A stretch of 64,000 nt of DNA from an uncultured delta proteobacterium (GTDB lineage Bacteria; Myxococcota; Myxococcia; Myxococcales; Myxococcaceae): positions 384,001 to 448,000 of the forward strand of contig CAVYSY010000026.1 of NCBI GenBank assembly GCA_963771175.1. Reading direction: 5' to 3'. Position numbers and translations under genes: made by a program. A model generated the notes under the pieces. That model made no database searches. It worked only from the letters and a program-made list of their open reading frames with translations, and was not told the DNA's origin. Shown here in pieces: positions 31,207 through 40,022 of the stretch (positions are counted from its first letter, which is position 1; every line of letters begins with the position of its first letter).

Positions 31207-32136
31207 TCAGCCGAGGAGCACGGAGCGCATCGACAGCGAGCCGAGATCGAAACCGCTCACCGGGAAGCGCACCGGATCCCCGTCACTGGCGGCGCCGGCG
31301 ACGTACAGCATCGGGAGGAAGTGGTCGAGGCTCGGGTGCGACATCCGACCCGCGTCGGTCTCGATGACGCGCGCCAGGAAGGCGCCGTCGTGCTGCTCGA
31401 ACGCCTTGGTCACGTCCGCGTCGAAGCGCGAGGCCCACTGCGGGGTGGTGAAGTTGCCCGACTGCATGCTTGAGAAGGCGTGGCGCAGGTTGTGCGTCAC
31501 GTTGCCGCTGCCCATCACCAGGACGCCTTCGTCGCGGAGCCCGGCGAGAGCGCGGCCCAGCGCGAGGTGTTCGGAGGGAGCGAGCCGCGCGTCGATGCTG
31601 AGTTGCACGACCGGGACATCCGCCGCGGGACGCAGGTAGTGGAGCACGGTCCAGGTGCCGTGATCGAGGCCCCAGTCGTTCTGGACCGACGCGCGAGAGG
31701 GTCCGAGGAGCTGAACCACGCGCTGCGCGAGCTCGATGCTGCCGGGGGCCGGGTACTGCATCTGGTAGAGCGCGCGAGGGAAGCCGCCGAAGTCGTGGAT
31801 GGTGGGCGGGTGCTCGTTCCCGGTGAGGAAGGTGCCGGGAAGGAACCAGTGCGCGGAGATCGAGAGGATGGCCTTGGGCTTGGGCAACTGCCCGGCGAGC
31901 GAGCGGAAGCCCTGGGACCAGGTGTTGTCCTCGATGGCGTTCATCGGAGAGCCGTGCCCGATGAAGAGCACCGGCATGCGCTGCTCGGAGATGGGGGTGG
32001 TCATGGTGGAAGCTCCCTCCTGGGCCGGACGTGCGGCACGAGCCGAATCGCGGCAACCCAGCAATGGCAGGGTCGTGGCGATGCCGAATGCGGCGGCCTT
32101 GAGGACGCTGCGTCGGTCAGGTCGGTACGAGGACAT
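31207..32136 (-). CDS. ygiD: 4,5-DOPA extradiol dioxygenase (LigB/YgiD family), possible Tat-lipoprotein extension
   Basis: FIGHGSPMNA, ISAHW, HDFGGFP, GLDHGTW, GSGNVTHNL, HPSLDHFLP. Confidence 0.9.
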   Translation of the reverse strand: MSSYRPDRRSVLKAAAFGIATTLPLLGCRDSARAARPAQEGASTMTTPISEQRMPVLFIGHGSPMNAIEDNTWSQGFRSLAGQLPKPKAILSISAHWFLPGTFLTGNEHPPTIHDFGGFPRALYQMQYPAPGSIELAQRVVQLLGPSRASVQNDWGLDHGTWTVLHYLRPAADVPVVQLSIDARLAPSEHLALGRALAGLRDEGVLVMGSGNVTHNLRHAFSSMQSGNFTTPQWASRFDADVTKAFEQHDGAFLARVIETDAGRMSHPSLDHFLPMLYVAGAASDGDPVRFPVSGFDLGSLSMRSVLLG

Positions 32137-32357
32137 GATGGGAACATGCCCGGCGGACAGGCGTTGCACTAGAGCCCCACCGAGCAAATCACCGTTCCCA
32201 GGGTGAAACAGTGGGACGGTCCTTCTTCGGCTCCTCCTCCTTCTCGGCAAAGGACGGGCTCTCCTCCTCCGGCTCCGGCTTGGGGGAGCCCACGACGCTG
32301 CGAAGCGCCCTGCGGTCAATCGGCCGTGGGGCGCTCGTGCGCAGGTTGCCGCGTGGG

Positions 32358-32762
32358 TCAGTCCACTACCGCGGTGGCTTCGATCTCGACGAGGACGCCC
32401 GGCTCGTAGAGCACAGAGACTCCGATCAGCGATGCCGGCGCCGGCACGATCTTCAACTCCTTGGCGACCTGCTCGATGCCGGCAAGGAAGTCGGGCATCT
32501 TCTCGCGCTTCCAGTCGACCACATAGAACGTCAGTCGGACGACGTCGCTGAACGTCGCCCCGGCAGCCGCGAGGGCGATGGCGACGTTGCGGTAGGCCTG
32601 CGCCACCTGTCCAGCCAGATCACCCCGCGCGACGAGCTGACCATCCGCGTCGTACGCGACCTGCCCTGCGATGTGCACCTGCCGGGTGCCGGTGGCGATC
32701 CCCACCTGTCGATACACGTCGGTCTTCATGAGTCCATCGGGGTTGATCAGGGTTACGGGCAT
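32358..32762 (-). CDS. RidA/YjgF family protein
   Basis: HIAGQVA, AAGATFSDVV, LVEIEATAV. Confidence 0.9.
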   Translation of the reverse strand: MPVTLINPDGLMKTDVYRQVGIATGTRQVHIAGQVAYDADGQLVARGDLAGQVAQAYRNVAIALAAAGATFSDVVRLTFYVVDWKREKMPDFLAGIEQVAKELKIVPAPASLIGVSVLYEPGVLVEIEATAVVD

Positions 32763-32914
32763 GGGTGAGCTCCAATTGGCAGTGTCGGGTGAAGAGTTCC
32801 GGGGACGTCGCCGCCCCCAGAATGAAGGGGTGATTGCCGAACGCGTATACCGAGTCCATTGACGAACGGCGTTCCCCTCTCCGGCGATGCGGGAGCTACA
32901 ATGGAAAGCCATCA

Positions 32915-33820
32915 ATGAAACGCGCCCATCTGGATGAGATCTTCGCCTTCATGTCCGTCGTGGACGCGGGCAGCTTCGTGGGCGGCGGCCGGGCCATCGG
33001 CCTGACGCGCTCGGCGGCTGGCAAGGCATTGGCCCGGCTGGAATCCCGCCTCGGGGTGCGCCTGCTCAATCGCACGACGCGCCACCTGAGTCTCACCGAC
33101 GAGGGCCGTGTCTTCCATGAGCATTGCCAGCAAGTCCTGGCGGCCCTGGACGAAGCGGAAGCCAGCGTCGGGCAGCACACGGGCACCCCCCGGGGGGTTT
33201 TGCGGCTCACCCTGCCCGACGCATTCGGCAGACTGCATGTCCTTCCCTTGCTGCGGGACTATCTGCGGACCTGGCCCGAGGTGCAGGCGGAGGTGAGCTT
33301 CACCGATCGCGTCGCGGATATCATCGAGGAGGGTTACGACCTGGCCGTGCGCATCGGCGCGTCCAGCACCGATACGCGCCTGGTTTCCCGCCTCGTGGCT
33401 CAACACCGGGCGGTCGTCTGCGCCGCGCCCTCCTACCTCGAGGCGCGCGGCGAACCCGAGACGCTGGAGGAACTCGCGGCGCATGATTGTCTGATATTCA
33501 GTAGCCGGACGCGACGACAGGGCTGGCGTCTGCGCCAGAAGGGCGGCTCCTGGGTGAAGGTGGAGGGGCGAAGCCGCCTTCGTCTCGACAGTGGCGAGGC
33601 GATCCGGGACGCGGCCGTCGCGGGACTGGGCATCGCCTATCTTCCCAGCTTTCTGGTCGACAAAGACCTGGCGAGTGGGCGACTCGAGGCGCTGCTGCCG
33701 TCCTGCGAGACGGAGGACGTCCGGCTCATGGCGATCTACCCGAGCAAACGTCACCTGCCGGCGAAGGTGCGCCGCTTCATCGACCTGATGGTCGAGAAAT
33801 GGAGCGCGAAGTCACTCTAA
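32915..33820 (+). CDS. LysR family transcriptional regulator (CrgA-like), divergent from the RidA gene
   Basis: GSFVGGGRAIG..LGVRLLNRTTR; ADIIEEGYDLAVR. Confidence 0.95.
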   Translation: MKRAHLDEIFAFMSVVDAGSFVGGGRAIGLTRSAAGKALARLESRLGVRLLNRTTRHLSLTDEGRVFHEHCQQVLAALDEAEASVGQHTGTPRGVLRLTLPDAFGRLHVLPLLRDYLRTWPEVQAEVSFTDRVADIIEEGYDLAVRIGASSTDTRLVSRLVAQHRAVVCAAPSYLEARGEPETLEELAAHDCLIFSSRTRRQGWRLRQKGGSWVKVEGRSRLRLDSGEAIRDAAVAGLGIAYLPSFLVDKDLASGRLEALLPSCETEDVRLMAIYPSKRHLPAKVRRFIDLMVEKWSAKSL

Positions 33821-33896
33821 TGCCACGTGTCGCCCGACACGTCACGCGAAGGCGGCGACGCCACTGTTCCCGGCCGAGGTCTCCACGAAGGCGCTC

Positions 33897-34186
33897 ATGT
33901 CATCCTCGGTGCACTCGCCCGACGCGGAGTCGAAGCCCACCGAGAACGCATGGGCTCCCGAAAAATCCCCTTGCCCCCACCGGGCCGCCGCCTCTCGGAA
34001 CGCCGCGACGAAGGCACGGTACTTCCCCCAAGCGGGAGCGGAGGAGGAGAGGGAGGAGCCCCAGGCAGAGGCGAGGAAGGAAGCGAGGAAGGAGCGGACA
34101 GCGAGAGTGGACTGGGCAGGGCTGCTACAAAGGACCTTCGCGGTGGAGGTGTTCGCCTGCGTGAGGTGTGGAGGCAGGCGGCGAGT
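33897..34186 (+). mobile_element. IS91-family (rolling-circle) transposase C-terminal remnant
   Basis: RVDWAGLLQRTFAVEVFACVRCGGRRRV resembles the C-terminal Zn-knuckle of myxobacterial IS91-like transposases (from memory); truncated. Confidence 0.7.
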
Positions 34187-34260
34187 GAGCCTGCCCCGAT
34201 TTCGTGGACACACCCAATAAGTCGGCTACACGGGAGGTAGTGTCCATGGAGCGAAGGTGT
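34185..34260 (+). mobile_element. IS3-like left-end remnant
   Basis: tgagcctgccccgatttcgtggacac resembles IS3-family terminal IRs; followed by RBS gggagg and ATG GAG CGA AGG. Confidence 0.45.
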
Positions 34261-34459
34261 TGCCGCGCACGCTTGTTGATGGAGATTTGGACCGGCTGGT
34301 TGATGGGCATCGACGAGGATGAGCGCGGGCCTGGAGCAGGCTGGTTGCGGGACAGATCGCGTCACTTGTTCAATCGATCCGCCGAGGTCCCGGAAGACGA
34401 ACACAGCCTGGCCCAACACCGCGCACCCAAATACACAACTCGGCTGCCCATTCACTCCA

Positions 34460-34888
34460 TCACCCCTCATCATCATCGGCATATCTAAAGCTATCTACAC
34501 TCGAAGAGTCAAAGAATGGACCAAAACCAACGGAGTCGTTACCAACAAACCCACCAAACCTCAACAACACCTCCCTCAGCATCGGCAACAAGGCGCGAAT
34601 GGCGGCTCGGTGGTGACTAACACAGAACGCCCTCACTCCCCTGCGGCGCCGCACCTCTTCGAGTTCCTCTGGAGGCCATTCACTAATGTCAAATGGTGCC
34701 CAATGAGACTTTTCTCGAATACCTTCCCCGAAGCGAACAACCGCACCACTCTCGTTGACTCCCTCCACACGATAGCCACGAGACTCCAAGAACGCAGCCA
34801 AGTCAGAAACAGACGTCTCCATCGGAGAAAAATAGAATAGATCGTCCACACACCACTCCAATCTCACCTCTGGCGCGAACATTGACAC
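34460..34888 (-). CDS. Low-GC hypothetical protein, putative orphan immunity protein
   Basis: 142-aa ORF, visibly AT-richer than its flanks, overlapped by an upstream toxin-tail-like fragment. Confidence 0.6.
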   Translation of the reverse strand: MSMFAPEVRLEWCVDDLFYFSPMETSVSDLAAFLESRGYRVEGVNESGAVVRFGEGIREKSHWAPFDISEWPPEELEEVRRRRGVRAFCVSHHRAAIRALLPMLREVLLRFGGFVGNDSVGFGPFFDSSSVDSFRYADDDEG

Positions 34889-35072
34889 GAACCGGGAGCG
34901 ATTGCCTCCAACAAAGCTTCAATCTGATTGCGATCGGCGGTCAAGTATCCCTTTGCCTCCAGATCTCTCCTGACGTGGCGAGACATACCCTTTTTATCCG
35001 TGGCAACGCCAATTCCGACGCGCCCTGTCGGATTGATTGATTTATCCAGAACTCGGACATCGAGTTGTCCCC
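34864..35072 (-). pseudogene. Putative polymorphic toxin C-terminal fragment
   Basis: Low-GC open frame cut 5' by the IS701 remnant; its stop lies 25 bp inside the downstream ORF. Confidence 0.4.
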
Positions 35073-35074
35073 GC

Positions 35075-35227
35075 AAGCCCGATGGCCCTTACGCTCCCCT
35101 CCAGCAGCAGCCCCGTCACGTACCACTCCAGGGCACGGCGCCGCTCGCTGCGGCCCATCCCCTCCACCATCGACCCCATGTACTCGCTCAGCTCCCGGTC
35201 GAGCTGGCTCATCTGTCCGCGTGTCAT
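35075..35227 (-). mobile_element. IS701-family transposase N-terminal remnant
   Basis: MTRGQMSQLDRELSEYMGSMVEGMGRSERRRALEWYVTGLLLEG(ERK) matches the IS701 N-terminal pattern. Confidence 0.75.
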
Positions 35228-35416
35228 CTCCGACTTGAAAACACGGGTCGCCCGAGGTTACTTCTGAAGCAACCTAGCAGTATTAGTAGTCCACGCAGAA
35301 CCCGGTGATGTTGGCTCCATACCACTGAGGACTGCTGATGGCGGCCCACCAACAACTCCTCGCATCAGGAGAGATTCAACAAATCCAGGCCGAAGCCGCC
35401 AAGCATCAGCAACCCG

Positions 35417-35725
35417 TCACAATTCTTCAAAGTCCAGCATCACCCCCTGCTTCCGAAAGAACTCCTCCAACACACTCAAGAGCCGCGTGCGTTGCATGCC
35501 CGTGCCAGCATGAAACAACACATAAATACCTTTGACACCACCCTCTATCACAATATCATCAGGCCAGACCGTTCGCAGCGGCACGCCAGCATAAGCCAAC
35601 ACAATCTTCGACTCAGACCTCTCCAATTCAACCCATTCACCTAGAGACACGAGAAAGTCGAAAGCATCCGACCACTTCGGCGCACCACCCTCGACTCCAG
35701 ACTTCGCAGCATACTCAATACCCAC
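35417..35725 (-). CDS. Low-GC hypothetical protein, putative orphan immunity protein
   Basis: 102-aa acidic ORF, low GC, overlapped by the stop of a short upstream frame (..GIMEKGRNSGY*). Confidence 0.6.
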   Translation of the reverse strand: MGIEYAAKSGVEGGAPKWSDAFDFLVSLGEWVELERSESKIVLAYAGVPLRTVWPDDIVIEGGVKGIYVLFHAGTGMQRTRLLSVLEEFFRKQGVMLDFEEL

Positions 35726-35764
35726 TATTGCGTCCCTTCTCCATGATTCCGATTCCGGACCGTC

Positions 35765-36010
35765 GGCAGAGCATAAGACAGAGAGGGGCGCTGTTGAGGG
35801 TGGTGGGCTGGTGCAGAGGGGCCGAGGAGGGTCGCTGACGGGTGCCGCCGAGCTGAGAGCCTGGCCGGTGGAGAGGTCGTGCAGCCCGCTTTGGGTACAC
35901 GCCTGCTCAGGCCGCGCTCCCCTCAGGGGCGAGGCAGGGGGGCTACAACTGCGGCCTGGCGCTCAACACCACAAGAGCTGCGGTGGCCCCTGAGCCGGGG
36001 CCAGCTGGCG
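35765..36010 (-). mobile_element. IS91-like element 3' end remnant
   Basis: RQLAPAQGPPQLLWC* (35963-36010) resembles the IS91-like transposase C-terminus, followed by a noncoding end ..cccctctctgtcttatgct. Confidence 0.55.
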
Positions 36011-36097
36011 TCATGTCTTCTCAGGCCACTCGCCGAGGGAAGGGAGCATTCCCCCCACCTTGGGATGGGAGACGCTATTCTCCCGCACCTCGACGCC

Positions 36098-37421
36098 ATG
36101 TCCGCCTCGCCCCTGACCTCAGAGCAGGCCCTCGCCCTCGCGCCGGATTCCTCCGTGGCCGCCGCCGGCCAGAAGCTCGCGGCCGAGCGCTCCTGGCAGG
36201 GGCTCGGCCGGGACGGGCGCGCGGCCTGGGGCGAGTGCAAGGGCAGCGCCCTGTACCAGGTGCGCGTCGACCTGTCCGACCTCGCCACGAAGTGCTCCTG
36301 CCCCAGTCGCAAGTTCCCCTGCAAGCACGCCGTCGGGTTGATGCTGCTCGCCGCGGCGGAGCGCCTCCCCTCGGGCTCGCCCCCAGAGTGGGTCGCGGAG
36401 TGGCTCACCAAGCGGTCCGCCACCGCCGAGCGCAAGGCGAAGGCCGGTGCGGAGGGAGCGGCCCCCGCCGACCCGGAGGCCCGTGCGAAACGCTCCTCCG
36501 AGCGGCACACCCGCATCCAGCGCGGGCTGGAGTCCCTGTCCCTCTGGATGGATGACCTCGTCCGCAATGGGCTCGCCGGGCTCGAAGGCGGAGACCGCCA
36601 TGTGGAACACCCAGGCGGCGCGACTGGTGGACGCGCAGGCGCCGGGCCTCGCGTCTCAGGTGCGCCAGCTCGCGGCGCTCCCGGGCAGCGGCCCCGACTG
36701 GCCCCAGCGGATGCTGGACGGGCTCGGCCGACTCGCGCTCGTCACCGAGGCCTGGAAGAAGCTGGACGAGCTTCCTCCTCTCCTCGCGGCGGATCTCCGC
36801 TCCCTGGTGGGCATCTCGCTGCGCGAGGAGGACGTGCTTGCCCAGGGCGAGCGCGTCACGGACACCTGGGTCATCGTGGGCCAGGAGGTCGAGGACACGG
36901 AGCGCGTCCGCGCGCAGCGGACCTGGCTGCTCGGTGCAACCTCCGGCCGCGCGGCGCTCGTCCTCCAGTTCGCGGCGGGCCCCGGTGCACGCTTCGCCGA
37001 GTCCTTCCTGCTCGGCACCGCGTTCCCCGCGGAGCTGGTGTACTGGCCGAGCACGGCTCCCCAGCGGGCCATGGTCCAGGAGCGGAAGGGCGAGGTCCGC
37101 CCCCACTCGGAGGCCCTGCCCTCGCTCACGCTCGACGGGCTCTGCCAGCGGTTCGCCGACGAGCTGTCCCGTCACCCCTTCCTCCCGCGCACGGCGGCGA
37201 TGCTCGGAGCGGTGGTGCCCGTCGTGGACGGCCGGAAGCAGTGGTGGCTCCGGGACGCCACGGGTGCGGCGGTCCGCCTCGGGCCGTGCGATCGGTGGCG
37301 GCTGCTCGCGCTCGCCGGGGGTCACCCGATCGACGTGTTCGGTGAGTGGGACGGAGAGGAGTTCCGCCCCATGAGCGCCCGCGTGGAGGGGCGCATGCAC
37401 CCACTGGGAGGCCCGTCATGA
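36098..37421 (+). CDS. SWIM zinc-finger protein (YehQ-like); frameshift near 36597
   Basis: WGECKGSALYQ..KCSCPSRKFPCKH; AARLVDAQAPGLA. Confidence 0.88.
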
Positions 37422-38926
37422 ATGAGCTCGACGCGCTGACACGCCTCGCCACGCTTGGGACCGCGCGCTCTCCGGAGCTTGGAGCCCAGACCGGAGTGGA
37501 GGGCCAGGTCCTCCGCGCGCTGGAGGGCGTGCCCGTGGAGAAGCGCCTCCTGCTCGCGGCTGGCGTGCGCGCGGTGGCGCGGGCCGCGGGACGGAAGCTC
37601 CCCGTGCTCGACACCCGAGGGGATGTGGCCCCTCCCGACACGCTCGAGGTGTGCCCGCCTCGCGTGAGCGCCGTCCTCACGGAGCTCCTGGTGTCGAATG
37701 ATGGGGAGGTGCTGCGCGAGGCCTTCGAGCGGATGGCCCTCGCCCGCCGCCGACTCCCGCCGGAGCTGCTCGCGCGGGTGCTCGGGCTCAAGGACCGGGC
37801 GTTGCGCGCGCTGGCGGAGCCGGTGCTCGGTGAGCGCGGCCAGTGGCTCGCCCGCCAGAATCCCGAGTGGCGCTCCGGCGCGAACGCCCCGGGGGTCGAC
37901 CTCACGGAGGCCGAGCGCGTGTGGGCGGAAGGTACGCCCGAGGAACGTCGCGCGGTGCTCTCCCAGGCCCGGAAGGCCGACCCGGCGCGAGCCCGGACGT
38001 GGTTGCAGTCCACCTGGGCCCAGGAGAAGGCCGAGCACCGCGCCCGGTTCCTCGCCTGCCTGGACGAGGGGCTCTCCCCGGAGGACGAGGCGCTGCTGGA
38101 GCTCGGCCGGAAGGATCGCGCGGCCGCGGTGCGCGAGGTGGCGCGCTACCTGCTGGCGCGGTTGCCCGAGTCCGCCTTCGCGCGGCGCATGGCCGAGCGG
38201 GCGCGCACGGTGCTCGTCTGGGAGAAGCCGGCCACGCTCCGCGTCCAGCTCCCGAGCAAGTGGGACGCCGAGGCCGAGCGCGACGGTCTGGACAAGCCCC
38301 CCGCCGGGGTCGGCCAGAGCGAACACTGGCTCTCCCGGCTCCTCGAAGCCGTTCCCGTCCGCGCCTGGGAGGAGTGGTTCGAGGCCACCCCGGAGCAGCT
38401 CGTCGCCGCCGCCGAGCGGACGGACCATGCAGTCTCGCTCTCGGAGGGCTGGGCCCTCGCGCTCCGGCTGGGGGCCTCCTCGCCCTGGGCCTCGGCCCTG
38501 CTCACCTTCTGGTCGCGCTGCGAGTCGAAGGTGCTCGACGCCGAGCGGGCCCAGACGCTGGCCGTCTCCGTGCTCGAGCAGCTCCCGCCCGCCGAGCGCG
38601 CCGCGCGCACCCTGCGCATCCTGAACCGCGCCGAGTCCCTGCCCTCGCTCGACCGGGCCCTCGCGGTGACGCCCGCTCCGTGGCCGGCGAAGCTCGGCTA
38701 CACCTGGCTCCAGTCGCTGCGCGAGCTGTACGACCCGAGCACCCGGGCCACGGCGCTCCTCGGCGCCTTCCGGCAGGCGTCCATGGCCCTGCCCCCGGAG
38801 TGCCTCGCGACCGCCGCCGAGCCCTTCGAGCTGCCCCCTCCCCTGTACCGCTGGAGCCAGGAGCTCCACCGCTTCCAGCACACCGTCTCGCTGCGCCGCA
38901 TCCTGTACGAGGAGCTGAAACCGTGA
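37418..38926 (+). CDS. DUF5691-type helical repeat protein
   Basis: LGERGQWLARQNPEW, DEALLE..KDRAAAVR..LARLP; ATGA coupling. Confidence 0.75.
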   Translation: MNELDALTRLATLGTARSPELGAQTGVEGQVLRALEGVPVEKRLLLAAGVRAVARAAGRKLPVLDTRGDVAPPDTLEVCPPRVSAVLTELLVSNDGEVLREAFERMALARRRLPPELLARVLGLKDRALRALAEPVLGERGQWLARQNPEWRSGANAPGVDLTEAERVWAEGTPEERRAVLSQARKADPARARTWLQSTWAQEKAEHRARFLACLDEGLSPEDEALLELGRKDRAAAVREVARYLLARLPESAFARRMAERARTVLVWEKPATLRVQLPSKWDAEAERDGLDKPPAGVGQSEHWLSRLLEAVPVRAWEEWFEATPEQLVAAAERTDHAVSLSEGWALALRLGASSPWASALLTFWSRCESKVLDAERAQTLAVSVLEQLPPAERAARTLRILNRAESLPSLDRALAVTPAPWPAKLGYTWLQSLRELYDPSTRATALLGAFRQASMALPPECLATAAEPFELPPPLYRWSQELHRFQHTVSLRRILYEELKP

Positions 38927-40022
38927 CCGCCAACGCCCTTCTCCGCCAGCACGCCGAACAGCAGTACGCCGAGGAGCTGGCCGAGCTCGCCAAGGCGGAC
39001 GACCGCGCCGCGCCCGCCGAGCTGGAAGCTCTCGCCCTGGGCCGTGCGCACCTACCTGCTGGGCGGCACAGCTCTCCGAACGGCTTCACCGTGCACGCCC
39101 AAGTACATCGGCAACGCGCGGCTGATCGAGATCGCCGTCGCCACGCTCGCCACCGACCGGGCGCTGCTGCTGCTCGGCGTGCCCGGCACGGCCAAGACGC
39201 TGGGTGAGCGAGCACCTCGCCGCCGCCATCTCCGGCGACTCGACGCTGCTGGTGCAGGGCACCGCCGGCACGGCCGAGGAGGCGATGCGCTACGGGTGGA
39301 ACTACGCGCGGCTGCTGGCCGAAGGGCCCATCCGCGAACGCCCTGGTGCCGAGCCCGATGATGCGCGCCATGCGCGAGGGCAAGCTCGCCCGCGTCGAGG
39401 AGCTGACGCGCATGCCCGGCGACGTGCAGGACACGCTGATCACGCATCCTCTCGGAGAAGACGCTGCCGATCCCCGAGCTCGACCAGCGAGGTGCAGGCG
39501 CGCCAGGGCTTCAACGTCATCGCCACCGCCAACAACCGCGACCGCGGCGTCAACGAGCTGTCGAGCGCGCTGCATGCGCCGCTTCAACACCGTGGTGCTG
39601 CCGGTGCCGGACACGCTGGAGCGAGGAGGTGGACATCGTGCGACGCCGCGTGGCCGAGCATGGGCCGCGCGCTGGCGCTGCCCGCCGAGCCGCCCGCGCT
39701 GGAGGAGATCCGCCGCGTCGTCACCATCTTCCGCGAGCTGCGCGGCGGCGTCACGGCGGACGGCGAAGACGAAGCTCAAGACGCCCGTCCGGCACGCTGT
39801 CCACGGCCGAGGCCATCTCGGTGGTCAACAACGGCCTCGCGCTGGCCGGCTACTTCGGCGACGGCGTGCTGCGGGCGCGCGGACCTCGCCGCGGGCCTGA
39901 TCGGCGCCGTCGTCAAGGACCCGGTGCAGGACCGGGTGGTGTGGCTGGAGTACCTGAAGACGGTGGTGAAGGAGCGCGACGGCTGGAAGGACCTCTACCG
40001 CGCCTGCATGGAGGTGCTGTGA
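38923..40022 (+). CDS. yehL: MoxR-family AAA+ ATPase (YehL-like); heavily frameshifted
   Basis: LLRQHAEQQYAEEL, YIGNARLIEIAVATLATDRALLLLGVPGTAK, YGWNYA, RVEELTR, ATANNRDRGVNELSSAL, LSTAEAIS. Confidence 0.88.
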
